Assembly: GCF_009914755.1 (NCBI RefSeq)
Contig: NC_060946.1
DNA: 64,000 bases
Direction: 5' to 3' (one strand)
Origin: the human T2T-CHM13v2.0 reference genome, Homo sapiens
Under the pieces are notes generated by a model. The model searched no databases. It worked only from the letters and a program-made list of their open reading frames with translations, and was not told where the DNA came from. The stretch's first letter is position 1, and the number at the start of each line of letters is the position of its first letter. Both the position numbers and the translations under genes were made by a program. Of this stretch, positions 21,811 through 42,699 are shown piece after piece.

Positions 21811-23400
21811 CCTCTACAGCATGAGGAGAGGACCTCACAGATGAGCTGATGACACAGAAAGGAGGGGCAGCAGAGCCGGAGTCACCCCAATCTCCAGGCT
21901 CACAATCCAGTGCTCTCTCCTCACATTGGGGTGAGAGCGCCCCATCGCTTAGTGGCAAGAGGAGGAAGAATAAGCAGGGTTTAGGGCCAGCCAGGCAGAA
22001 TCACAATGGGGAAGAGCTGGTGTCAGGTACCTTCCCTTCCTGGCCTGCCACATCATCCTGTCTCCAGGATGGGGCTTGTGATCTCAGCAGCTGGGGCAGC
22101 AGCCGCAGCAGTAAACAGGGCTAGAAGGTGGAGCAGAGCCCTTGGAAATCAACTAGGCCAACCTCTCATAATATGAATGAAGAGCTTGAGGCCCAGAGAG
22201 GAAATGACTCATCCATGGAGGTGTTGGGGGGAGGAGAGAGATCTTTATTCCACTGCCCTGGACAGGAACCCCTCCTAATGGACTGCTCCTCAGTGCCTCT
22301 GTGGGAAGCCTGGGTGTTGCTGGTGGCTCTGTCAGAAAGGGCTGCCCAAGTCCAGGGACCTCCATGGACCCTAGAGATACCACTGAGCTGGACAGCTCCT
22401 TTTTCTCCCTCCCCACCTAGCAGCTCCATCTGGCCCCTGCTGGCACAGGATTGCCGTTCGCAGACTGCATTGATTTCCATTTCCCGGGTGATGAGATAAT
22501 TTAAAGGTTATTCAGTTGAGTTTTTGCTTCCCTTGACTTGAGTCCTTTCTCCAAGAGCACCTACTGCCAACAGCCTGAGTTCCAGGCATTGAAATAAAAA
22601 GATGCAATTGTTGCCCATAAACTTGAATTGTTTAAGAGGCATGTGTGAACTTTTATAGCTGTTTTGCACACATACCCTGCCTCGATGGTTACTTAATGAG
22701 CTTACCCGTGAGGTTGCTCTTTCCACTGAATGGCATTTCATGATGCTGAACCTTGCGCCATTCCTGCAGGTGCGCTCCTTTTCCTAGGTTGCCATTTTCA
22801 GTTACTGGCCCCATCTCTCCTACCTTGAACTCCAGCCCCTGCCCCCGCGAGACTCAGCTCCTTCCTCTTCTTGCTGTCTGGGGTCATGCCCTGTTCATTT
22901 TCTACCACATTTTCTCTGAATTCTGTCGCTTCCCTCAAGCCGTGCTGCCACTGCCCTGATTGGGCTCCTCATTACTGACTCTTTGCAAATGCCCTTCAGC
23001 CAGGGTGCCTCCCTGCACAGGGTCCCTTGTAGACTTGCCCCTATATGCGCAAGCAGATAAATCTTTCAGGAACACAGATTCTGCTCTCGGCACTGCTTTC
23101 CTGCTGACCCTTCCCTGGCCCACTACCACCTCCAGAATGAAGGCAGATGCCACAGCCGGGCCTGGAAGGGCTTTCTGCAGACTGGCCCAGCTCCCTGCCT
23201 CTCACACAGCAGCTGGGCCTGCTCTTCTCTCCCACATGGTACTCTTTCTCCCTGGACATGTCCCTTCCCTTTCCCACCTCCAGCTCTAGAGCTGCCTCCT
23301 CCAAGCCACCTTCCTTCCTCCCCTGAGCTTCCTGAGTTTTCTTTCCCTGCCTAAATCCAGAGCACGCTTGCTCAGTCAGCTATTCAAGGGACCAGCTGGG

Positions 23401-23702
23401 TCTTTTTTTTGTGGTGGTCTTTCTCTGTTGCCCAGGCTGGTGTGCAGTGATGCAGTCACAGTTTTACACTTCACTGTAGCCTCAACGTCCTGGGCTCAAG
23501 TGATCCTCCTGCCTTAGCCTCCTGAGTAGCTGGGACTACAGGCACAGGCCACCATGCCAAGCTAATTTATTTGTATGTTTTTTGTTGAGACAAGGTCTTG
23601 CTGTGTTGCCTAGGCTGGTCTGGAACTCCTGGGCTCAAGCGATCCTCCTGCCTCTTCCTCCCAAAGTGCGGGGATTACAGGTGTGAGCCACTATGCCCAG
23701 CC
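23401..23702 (-). mobile_element. AluJ-type
   Basis: Antisense Alu. Confidence 0.9.
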
Positions 23703-23759
23703 AGCCAAATTTTACTGCAGGCCAGGTACAGTGTGGGGCAGCAGTAGTGCTAAAGCCAG

Positions 23760-24868
<1,109 letters not shown>

Positions 24869-25105
24869 GTGAGTAAGACTCCTTCCCAGCCCAGGTGCTG
24901 GATATTTTTCAGGGAGACAGACTCTCCAATGGAGCCTTATGAGTCAGTGTGGTGAGTACCGCGAGAAATCGAGAAGTGTATGATGAAGACTCTGAGAAGG
25001 GCCTTCCACCAAGCAGCCTTCCAGCCCCTTGCTGGGGTGGCAGCTGTCAAGGAAGTCTCCTTGGGGGAGGGAAGGCTCATACCCCATGTTCAGAGATGAG
25101 CAGAA

Positions 25106-25122
25106 GTCCACCAGGGAGCGAA
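25106..25122 (+). promoter_or_regulatory. CTCF-like motif
   Basis: CCACCAGGGAGCG versus core CCACCAGGGGGCG; motif match only. Confidence 0.4.
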
Positions 25123-26912
25123 AGCCAGGCTATCTCAGGCCCCGTGAGTGAAGGCATGAGAGCAGGGAGCAGCCGGTGGAGCCAAGGCCTGGGACTGGGG
25201 AGTGCTGAGCCCTACAAGGCTTAGCTCCTAGTAGGCTGTGGTTTGCAAAGGACTTCGAACTTGAACTTGCCTCTGTTCATATCAGGGAGCCATGGAAGAG
25301 AAATGACAGGGAGCAGATGGTAATTTCAGTAAATTGTCCCCATAATGTCATGGAAGATGGATCTGAAGGGGTACACATGGAAGCTGAGACCTCAGAAGTG
25401 AGCTAGAGGTGTGGCTGGTCGAGGTGGAGAAGACGATATGGATTTGCAAATGATTTGGTAAGGACTTGGGGATTCATTGCATATAGGGACACAAGGAGAA
25501 GGAGAAACTGCAGGAGCTGACCCTCAGGTCTCTGGCTGGTGCCTAGGGAAAGAAAGAATGGTCTGGAGAGGGAAAAGTTATGATGAGGGAGCAGAGGAGA
25601 GATGTCGGGCTCAGCTGGGGACCGGTGGAATGTGGGAGACATCCAAGAGACAGTGGAGTTCTATAGCTTGGAGGGGCAAGGCTGTGCTGGTGCTACAGAT
25701 GGGGAAATGTGAATGGGGGATAGGATATGGAGCTATGGACATGGACACCATCGCTTGGGCCCATCATGGAGTGAGAAGACGATGGGAGAGAGGACTGACT
25801 CATGTCCTCAAGCGAGGACAGAGGAGGTTAGAAGACAGTGGATGTGTGGCAAGAGGACCAGGGGGTTTCAAAGAGGGGTGGTTGGTGTGACTCAGGTCTT
25901 CCACAGGAAGTGGTCTATGGAGGGCATCAGACAGGGCCACTGGATTCAGGGATGACTTGTCATTTCTTGCCTTTCCTTGTGTCTTCTGTGTACACTTGCT
26001 TATGACACCCTCTATCCATTCCTGGCACCTCTCCTGACACCTCTCTGGGCTATGCTGTCCAGAGCAGACCTGATGAGGTGAGTGCAGATGCATGCCTGGA
26101 CAACCGCACAGGTAGCCTCTCCTGGGCAGCCACAGCCATTAATCTCAAGGTCACTGGTGTCCACGGCCATGAGCTTCTGCCGGAAGCCTGGCTGCAGAGG
26201 GTGAGGTGAGGCCTGCAGCCTGGCCAGAAGACAGGTACTATACCTGAGCCCCCGCCCCCACACCTGGTTGCAGCTGTGTCCATTCTTTGCAGGGCCCGTC
26301 ACCATGGGCGGCTCTGCTCCTCCGCCTCATAGGAATTGTGCCACGGGTGCGCCAAATGATCCAGCCCCTCTCTGATTGCTGCCTGCCAGGTTGGTCTGTG
26401 TGCACTGATGCGGTGGCTTCTCTGATGTGATCTCTGGGCCCTCCTGCCCAAAAACTCACCCAAGGAGTATTCTTCTATATGCCTGACCTTCCACCATTAG
26501 AGAGTCACTCGTAGGGCATCACAGGTTTCAGCGTGAGCCGGAGTTGATCCTGGCACACTCTCTCCAATTGTAATTTGTTGAGACATTAATTTTAGTTAGG
26601 AAACACAAGATTGTGAAATATTTCAAGATTCTAAAATTTATAACATAAAATTTAGTCATCTTTCATGACCCCTCCCCATCTCACTCATCTCCCTAGAGAT
26701 ATACTCACCAATTTGTCAGTACTGGTATTTTCCAGATCTTTTCCCATGCATTTACAAAGCCATATAAGTATACACAACCCCCCCCCACACATACATATAT
26801 AAAAATGAGATTGTACTGTACATACTGATCAGGAGCTTGCTTTTTTCCTTATCAATGTATTTTGGAGATCTTTACATGTTGATACAAATACATCTCTTTT
26901 ATTTCTTTTTAG

Positions 26913-28073
<1,161 letters not shown>

Positions 28074-28777
28074 TCATTTTTTAAAGAACAGCATAGAATT
28101 CCATAGTGTATTATAATGTATTTAATCATTTTCCTCTTGATGAACAATAGATTCTTCACATGTTATTACTATTCCAGAAAGTGCTGTGCAAATCTCCCTC
28201 TACGTGCATCTTTTACATATGTGTGAGTTTTTCCATTGCATAGATTTCTAGAAGTGGAATTGCTATGTTACAAGGAGATGCACCTGATAAGTATCAACAG
28301 ATGCTATAAAATTGTCAGCCAAAAATAATGCATAAATTGATATGATCCAACAGTGTGTATCATCCACAGAGGCGACCCCATCATTCTTTTTACTCCTTGT
28401 TACTCTGATGGGTGAATGAAAAGCATTTCCTTGCTCTATTTTGCATTTCCCTTATTCTCACTGAGACTGTGTCTACTCTTATCTGTTTATTTACCCATCG
28501 TGTGTATTTTGTGACTTGTATATTTATATTTGTTGCCATTGTTACTCTGGATATTTGTGGATTTAATTGTTGATTTGTAGAAGTTTATTCTAGCTATGGT
28601 TATTTCTCCTTTGTTGGTTATATATTTTGTGAGCATTTTTTCATTGTTGCTTATCTTTTCACTGTTTTTGTGGTGCTGTGGAATTTCTAAATGTTTATAT
28701 TGTCATGTCTATCCATCAGAGGCTTGTTTTTTAGTAGTAGGGGGAAAATGGAGCTTGGAGGCTTACGATGTTGCATT

Positions 28778-29699
<922 letters not shown>

Positions 29700-29762
29700 C
29701 AGATGATGTTTGAGTGCCCGCCTGTGCTGGAGATACTATCCTCACAGCTCTGCATAAGGAAG

Positions 29763-30435
29763 TATATGAGTCAGCCTGGGCTGTCATCACAAAATGCCAC
29801 AGCCTCGGTGGCTTAAACAACAGAAATTGATTCTGTCACAGTTCTGGAAGCTAGAAATCCAAGTTCCAGGTGTCGGGAGGTTTGGTTTCTTCTGAGGCCT
29901 CCTCTGCTTGTGGATGGCTGCTTTCTTGCTATGTCCTCACATGGTCCTTCCTTTGTGTATATGTTTGTGTCCTCATTTCCTCCTCTTCTTATGAAGACAC
30001 CAGTCGTATGGATTAGGGTCCACTCATATTATCTCGTTGGGTTGTTTTTTTTTTTTTAAGATGGAGTCTCACTCTGTCACCCAAGCTGGAGGGCAGTGGC
30101 TCAATTTCAGCTCATGCAACCTCCGCCTCCCGGGTTCAAGTGATTCTGGTGCCTAGTCTCTTGAGTAGCTGGGACTACAGGCACATGCCACCACTCTCAG
30201 CTATTTTTGTATTTTAGTAGAGATGGGGTTCCACCATGTTGGCCAGGCTGGTCTCAAACTCCTGACCTCAGGTGATCTGCCCGCCTTGGCCTCCCAAAGT
30301 GCTGGGCCATATGATCTTGTTTTATCTTAATTACCTCTTTAAAGGGCTTATCTCCATAGAGAGTCACATTCTGAGATACTGGGGGTTTGGACTTCAACAT
30401 ATGGATTTTGGGGGGACACATTTCAACCCATTACA
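29763..30435 (-). mobile_element. MLT1 (MaLR) solo LTR interrupted by an Alu (30043-30308)
   Basis: GGTGGCTTAAACAACAGAAATT...CACAGTTCTGGAAGCTAG...GTCACATTCTGAG...CAACCCATTACA. Confidence 0.85.
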
Positions 30436-30509
30436 GGGAGATAGCACCATGTCTGGATGAGAATCTGGGAAGTAAAGCTCAGAGAGGCTTCTGTACTTGC
30501 TTTCAGTCA

Positions 30510-36030
<5,521 letters not shown>

Positions 36031-36629
36031 AAACAAACCAAAACACTATTCCAGACCCCCCGCCACCTCATTTTTTTCTCATGAGGCCTCTGGGAGCCCA
36101 GGGCGCAGTAATCTCTTTAAGGGACCCTGCAGAGCATGGTTCTCTGAGTGTGGCCTCTGAGGTCAGCCAGACCAGGCCAGTTCCAAGCCTGGTGACCCTG
36201 GGCAAGTCACTTGACCTCAGAGCCTTAGTCTCCTCATCTGTAAAAGAGGGTGTTGGTGAAATTTATCAAACAAGGCTTTTCTGTGAGAATGAAATGAGGA
36301 AATGCAGGTCAAGCATGCAGCCTGGTGTTCTCAACACTCTATCGCTAGGACCATTTCCATCACTGTGGTGCTCTTCATTTTGCAGCCAGAAAACCAAGGC
36401 CCAGAATGGCTAAATGCTTTCTATCCCCCTGCCCGGCCAGTGAATCTAACTCAATTGTTAAGGATTAATTCTCCAGGTGAAAGAAGTACTCAGTTGCCTC
36501 AAAGGCCTGGAAGGGAATTACTGACCCAGCACCACCTTCCCTGGGTCTATTAGATGTTAAAAGAGGAGCTTTGATGTGTATTTGAAAAAGCTTTAAATTG
36601 GTGAAAATGGATTCCTTTTCAATAAATTA

Positions 36630-37290
36630 CATTTGATCAATTCCTTTGCTTGAGCTCCTGCAAGGTGGCACAGTTAGGTAGGGCTCTGTTGGAGATGAAG
36701 CAGTGGCTAAAACTCAGTCCCAGGGCCCAGAGTCTGTAGTCCAGTGGGAAAGATGAGACATACATAAGGCAGAGCGAAGTGGGAGCCTCAGCAGAGGAGT
36801 GGGGCAGGCCCAAGTGTGGAGTTGAAGACCTCTGAGTGGGAGAGTGTCAGCGTCTGACATACAGTGTACAGGATCTCTCAGCTGTTATATTGTGCAGAGA
36901 CTGTGGGGACCAGAGTGGGAGCAGAGAGACTTGCAGGGAGATTGTGTAAGAGTCCACAGGCAAGATGAGGGCGTAGCAGGCCCCAGAAACAACATGCAGG
37001 TGGTGAGAGTCAAGGGATCCTGGCTGTATTCTACGGGTACAGCCATCATGATGTGCTGACCAACTGGATGTGGATCTAAGAGACGGAGAAGTCACAGACG
37101 ACTCCAGAGTTTCTGACCCGAATGATGTCACTAGCTGAGGTGGGGAGGGTTGAGGAAGGGTGTGGTACAAATGGCGGTGGATGGGGGATGGGGGTGCGGG
37201 GATAGGGAAGCTCAGATTTGGACAGTTGGGTTTCTGACGCCCACCACACATCCCACGGAGATTTCGGTGGGCTGCCTGGCGGAGGCGGTG
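36630..37290 (-). mobile_element. L2 fragment
   Basis: Degenerate L2 motifs (GATGACTCCAG-like; AGCTCAGATTTGGACAG...CATCCCACGGAGAT). Confidence 0.55.
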
Positions 37291-37294
37291 GGCG

Positions 37295-37529
37295 CTTCTT
37301 TACTGGAAATTTTTGTAAGTGAAACTTGCTGTATTTACCTTGTTGAGTGTTTCTGTTAACATCTGAAACTCTGGGGAAAACTAGGATTCTTTAACCTTGT
37401 AGACCTAAAAGACACAGAGGCAGTTAATTTCACTTAACACGAATTTATTAGAAACAGCTCCTTTAGAAATCAGCGTTCTCTGATCTGTAATAAACCTTGT
37501 AATTAACTTTGCTAACTTACTGGTTATGC
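37295..37529 (+). repeat. Local direct duplication A, copy 1 (235 bp)
   Basis: About 90% identical by eye to 38963-39196; not a repeat family I recognise. Confidence 0.97.
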
Positions 37530-37849
37530 CTGTGGGCAGCTGGACAGTGGAGTTGTGTTCAAAGGCCTGGGCAAATACCTTGTGACCAGATGCCTGCAGG
37601 CCTGTGGCAGCAGAACTAAGGGAGCCCAGCTCCCCGGGGCCCTGCCTGTTGCCTTCTTCCTGCATGGTGGCCAGGTGTCTGCAGGTGGCCAGACACAGGT
37701 GCACCAGCCACGGCAGCGGGGTCAGAAGATGAGAGGGTCTCAGAGGTGACCCCGATTTCCTGGAATCACCGTCAGGCCCCTGGCCATCCCCATTTCCCGC
37801 GTGCCCCTTAGCTCTCAAGGGCATCTTTGCCCTTTGAGATAAAGCAACG

Positions 37850-38550
37850 CCGAGCTTGTTGCTGCAGGGGACAGCACTTTCGCTCGGATTTTCGCATTAA
37901 AATGTGACATTGAAGTGGGGAGCCTGCATGGGCGTCCGCGGGGTCGCACGGACCAGCAGGCGACGCGCGGGACGAGGCCGCGCTCCTGGGGCGGGAGGAA
38001 GTGGTAGGCAGCACCGCCGCTCAGGCTGGGCTCGGCTCCCGCGGCGCGGACGGGGTTAACGCGCTCATGTACCGGGTGGCGGGCGGCAGTGGTGCATTGT
38101 GGTAACGCGGCGCCGGGACCCACGAGTGTCCGCCGCCTCCGCCGGGCGGCCCACCGAGCTGTGCACGCGTCCGTGCAAGCCCCCGGGACCCGGCGCCATG
38201 TAGCGCCCCGCCGATTGGAGGCTGCCCCGCCGCGGGAAATGAAGGGACGCGGCTGCTGGGACACGGCCTCCGTGCGCTCCTTCTGCAGCTCCGGCTGCCT
38301 GAATAAATTTAAGAAGGGTTAGTGCTTGCCGGGCTTCCACCCGGAGGGAGGCCAGGCTCCCCGCGCATGCACGCCCGGTGCCTGGCTTTGCTGCGTGATC
38401 GATCCACGGGAGCCTCTGATGTCACTCCCTCGCGGCGTGGGGAGCGCGGGGAGCCTCGGGGAACCCCTGTCCCCGCACCCCGCCGGCGTGCGCTCCCGGC
38501 TTGCTTCACGCGCGGGGCATTTTGGAGAGGGGGCTGCGGCTAGAGACTTG
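37850..38550 (+). promoter_or_regulatory. CpG island 2 / probable alternative promoter
   Basis: High CpG density with GC boxes (~37987, 38206, 38225), ETS GGAAGT (~37997), YY1-like CGCCATGT (~38194), inverted CCAAT (~38213), NRF1-like GCGCATGCAC (~38363) and CRE-like TGATGTCA (~38417). Confidence 0.8.
38238..38317 (+). other. Candidate alternative first exon segment, open from ATG to splice donor (MKGRGCWDTASVRSFCSSGCLNKFKK)
   Basis: GAAATGA at 38238 has a purine at -3, and there is no stop before AAGG|GTTAGT (donor 38318). No homology recognised. Confidence 0.3.
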
Positions 38551-38962
38551 TCCGTCTAATTAACCTATGCAAAAAGAAAATGAAATATAATCTATATCTT
38601 TATGAAAAGAAGGGGGAAGCGGTGGTCGGTGTTTTATCCACCCATCTACCTCTTCTTCCCCAGAGTCGGCCTGGGGTCCGCATGCCCCTGGAGCCCCTGT
38701 AGAGTCGCTGATTTGCCCACAAGGGCCTCGTCCTGGGGCCACCAGTGGTGTCGGCTTTGCTCAGTGTGTGATTCTCCGAGTGGCCGCCTGGGTTTGAGCA
38801 ACCCTCCCTCCCCGTCCCGTGGTGATCCTGAATGACTGCCCTGGCCTGTGCAGGCTCACAAGCCCAAGGGCCCTTCCTAGCGTGGGGGAAAACCTTAGCT
38901 GTCTTAAATGGAAGACTTGCAAACTCTGTAAGCTCTTGCCTGCAATTCCTGATGCTTGAAAC

Positions 38963-39196
38963 CTTCTTTATTGGAAATTTTGCGTGAGTGAAATTTGCTG
39001 TATTTACCTTGATGAGTGTTTCTGTTAACATCTGAAACTCGGAAAAATTAGGATTCTTTAACCTTGTGGACTTAAAAGACACAGAGGCGGTTAATTTCAC
39101 CTAACACGAATTTATTAGAAACAGCTCCTTTAGAAATCAGCACTCTCTGATCTGTAATAAACCTTGTAATTAACTTTGCCTGCTTACTGGTTATGC
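38963..39196 (+). repeat. Local direct duplication A, copy 2
   Basis: CTTCTTTA...GAATTTATTAGAAACAGCTCCTTTAGAAATCAGC...TTACTGGTTATGC is shared with copy 1. Confidence 0.97.
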
Positions 39197-40809
39197 TAAT
39201 GGCTTCATAAGACCTTGGTCCATTCCAGAGGACTTCGAAGTTGCAGGCTGCAAGCCTCAGCCCAGGAATCCCATCCAACCACGTGAGTTCTCTTGAAACA
39301 CCATATGAGGTCTTAGGGTGTGTGCAGTTGTAAATGAAATGTATTTCATTAGGAGTTGATACTACACCTCCATCTTAAGAGTCCTTTAAGGAAACTTGCA
39401 AGTAAATTTCGTCCAAAGTGTGTGTTCTGGTTTTAGAGGATTGGTCTTAGTTTCCAGTTTTTATTTTGGATATAGCGTCATTTCTAAAGTAGTTATGTTC
39501 TTTACGCGAAATTTAAATGATGTTTCTGTCATCGGTTTGGATGGATTTATTCCGAGGGAGAATTTTGGAGTTAGTTTTAAAAAGAAAAGACATTGTTTTT
39601 TTTCTCTTGGCTCATCTAATGATTTTCTTGGTTGCCCTTGTCTGGAAGTGTTAACAAGGAGCATTGGACCCGATGTCTGCTAGCACTTGGCTTGGTTGTG
39701 GAGGAATGTCACCTTTGTAGGGAACCTCAGGTGTGACCAGAGCAGCTGTATCTTGAGAGCAGTGACGGGGTGACCTTTTTGACGGCCAGACCCCTCTAGG
39801 CCAGCCAGCCTTCCATCTTATCCTTCTGTTGGTGTCCTGCCCTGCACAGCAAGCCTGGGGAGGAGGCGGCTCAGGAAGTTGTGTGTTGGTGGGCACTGTG
39901 CTTAGAACAGGGCCTGGAGCAGAGCTTGCTGCACCGGAGGGAGGAGGCCCAGCGGCGAGTGCAGCAGTCAAGAGCAGCCAGAACTCAGCTACCATGTCGG
40001 AGACCCTAGGGGGGAATACGGGAGTTTGTCCCTCAGGTGTTCTGTGTGAAAATGGGCCTGGGAAGGCCAGAAGGGTGTTTTCAAGAGAAGCTGGAAATCT
40101 CAGTTTTTATAAGATTTCCACATACAAACACATACATAGCTAGGGGTTGCGGGAAGCCTAGTTAGGGGTCAGCTTTGGGAGGTGGGAGCTGCCTAGCCCC
40201 TGACATCGTTATGGGAATTGATTGTGTCCTCGTCCCCAGCATGCAAACAGGGTGAGACTGGCCTCCTGTTTTATACACGTCAAAGGGTATTCTGGTGAGG
40301 TGTCACCGCACACAAATTTCCCCTTAGGAAAGGGTTCCAATGAAATTGCATCATGCACCTAAGCCCATCTTTGTGCAAGTTGAAGAGGGAGATGGGCTTG
40401 CTGCCTGCTCCGGGATGCCGAGGGATGAGGTCCAGGCGGTGCCCATTTCAGCAGCAGGACAAGGTCTGGGCGTATGGAGGTGCATCACATGGGCCTCTAT
40501 TCTGGAGGTCCCGTGGTATAGCTAGGCTGTCAGGAGCCTGGCTTCTTGTCCTGACTCTGCTGCTCGGCTGTGTGTCTGTGCCCGTCTGTGATTCTCAGTT
40601 GCCCCCATCCTTGCAAACAAGGGGAAGCGTGGATTGAAAGAGGTTCCAGAAGAACAGATCCCCACCCTGCTCCCAGATCTAAGCATGTGAGGAGCCCTGG
40701 GCAATGGCATGTTCAAAGCACAGCCCCACTGCTTGCCTGGCCTTCAGCCGACTTCTTACCTTTTTGATCCTCAGTTTCCCCATCTAAAAGATGGCATTAA
40801 ACCTACTTA

Positions 40810-40995
<186 letters not shown>

Positions 40996-42612
40996 AAAAA
41001 CAAACAAAAAGCCCTACTCACCTGGCAAGGTTGCTGGGAGGTTGAAATGAGATACTATGCATCTGTGCCTACCAGTCTGTCAATCACCTATGTATCTGTG
41101 TCTCTGTGTGCTTCAAACAGAGACTGGTGGGCAACAATGGGGGAAGCACCCACTTGAGGTCTCTTGTAAGTGCTGACTTCAGCCCTTGGCCATTCTCCCC
41201 TTTGCCTTTGTATGTGTGCACTTATGTGTATATGCACATGTACAGATCTGTGTTGGACTCATGGATCTTTTCTGGTTGGAACGTAAGTCACGAGAGCAGA
41301 ACGTGTGAACCCCATGCCCTGGCATGGTGGGCTCACCAGAGGTCAGAGTCTGGTGGCCTTGGGCAGGCCCTGACCATAGTACTGCCAAGGTCATCAGTTT
41401 CTCGTCTGCGGCCTCAAAGCACCCCTGCTTGCCCACAAGCCAGCCTTCATACTGAGCCCAGCTCTGATTTTCCCGGTGGAGAGAGCTGAGCTGAACTTGC
41501 AGCTGACTGGGTGATGTGTCTCAGAAACAGGAGGGGATCAGGGTGATGGCAGCCAACATGGGCCATCAGGGGCGGACATACCAGGTCAGGCGGTTAGGTT
41601 CTTTGCACAGACCCCCAGAAAACTTGGTGGCAACGGTGCATCGGCCTCTGTGAGTGGCTGTGATGTGAGCACCAGGTCCTGGAATGTTCTGAGGGGTTAT
41701 TGTTTTTGATGATGTGTTTACGTCTTTAAAGGCCAGGACAGAGAAGGAGCCTCATGGAACTTCAGCTGGGAATTGATGGAGGACACGGGGTCCTTCAAAA
41801 ATTCACAAATAGGGACTTTTAGGGGACAGCTTGCCAAAGTGCACTGTCTATATTTGGCATCTGCTGAGGTTCCTGGGAGGAAGGACTAAGGCCTGAAGCA
41901 AGGGACTGGCTCTGTGCTCTAATCTCCTTCCCTGCACCTGCAGAGTGGCCTCCTGGTTCCCAGGGATTCACATTTGCCACTCCTCGGGCCTAGCCTCATA
42001 GCATGCCCAGTCCAGCCTCCCTCTGCCTACTTGGCCCAATCTCCCTGCCCCTCCCTCATAATAAATTCATCCTTGCAGGCGCAATGCCCATTCTAGTTCA
42101 TCCTGAAGTTTCCCCCGACCTCCCAAGGCTGGAGGTGCCCCCTCCTTCGGACCTCTCCTGGGCCCCTTCTGTAGCAGGACTGGGTTGTTTGATGCAAGTC
42201 TCACCCTCCTAGAGGCTGTAAGCTACCAGAGATGGAGGCTGGGTTTTACCTGTGTCTTAATGCCACCCTCTCCCCTCCAGCACTCAGCACTTTTGTCTAA
42301 CTGGTGTTTGGAACCGGCCCACCGCCTGGAAGTGAACAATGGGAAGGGCCATCTGAGGCTGAGGGGCAAGGAGCATCCTTGGGTGGTGTTTTCTCTCTGG
42401 TTGGGGGCCTCAGCTTCCTGTTCTTCCTCTGGGGCATTCCCCTGGTGCACTCCCCTGGTGCACTGGGACTCCCCTGACTCAGGCTGGAGTCTTTCCTGCC
42501 CCCACCCTTTCCATTCTGGTCCCACTGTGGAACTCTGGAACAACCAGGGAAGCTCCAACAGGACAGTGGGTCTCTTAGGTGAACCTGGAGTGGGGGATCC
42601 TGGAGAGCTTCC

Positions 42613-42699
42613 TGGAGGAGGTGACACCCAGCTGTGTATTGGAGGATGAGTAAGTGGAGGAGGTGACACCCAGCTGTGTATTGGAGGATGAGTAAGTGG
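42613..42699 (+). repeat. Perfect 42-bp tandem duplication
   Basis: TGGAGGAGGTGACACCCAGCTGTGTATTGGAGGATGAGTAAG twice, followed by TGG. Confidence 0.97.

Noticed and set aside
37295-39196. LTR retroelement or composite transposon carrying the CpG island
   Set aside because: The repeats lack TG...CA ends, PBS/PPT, a TSD and any internal coding relics.
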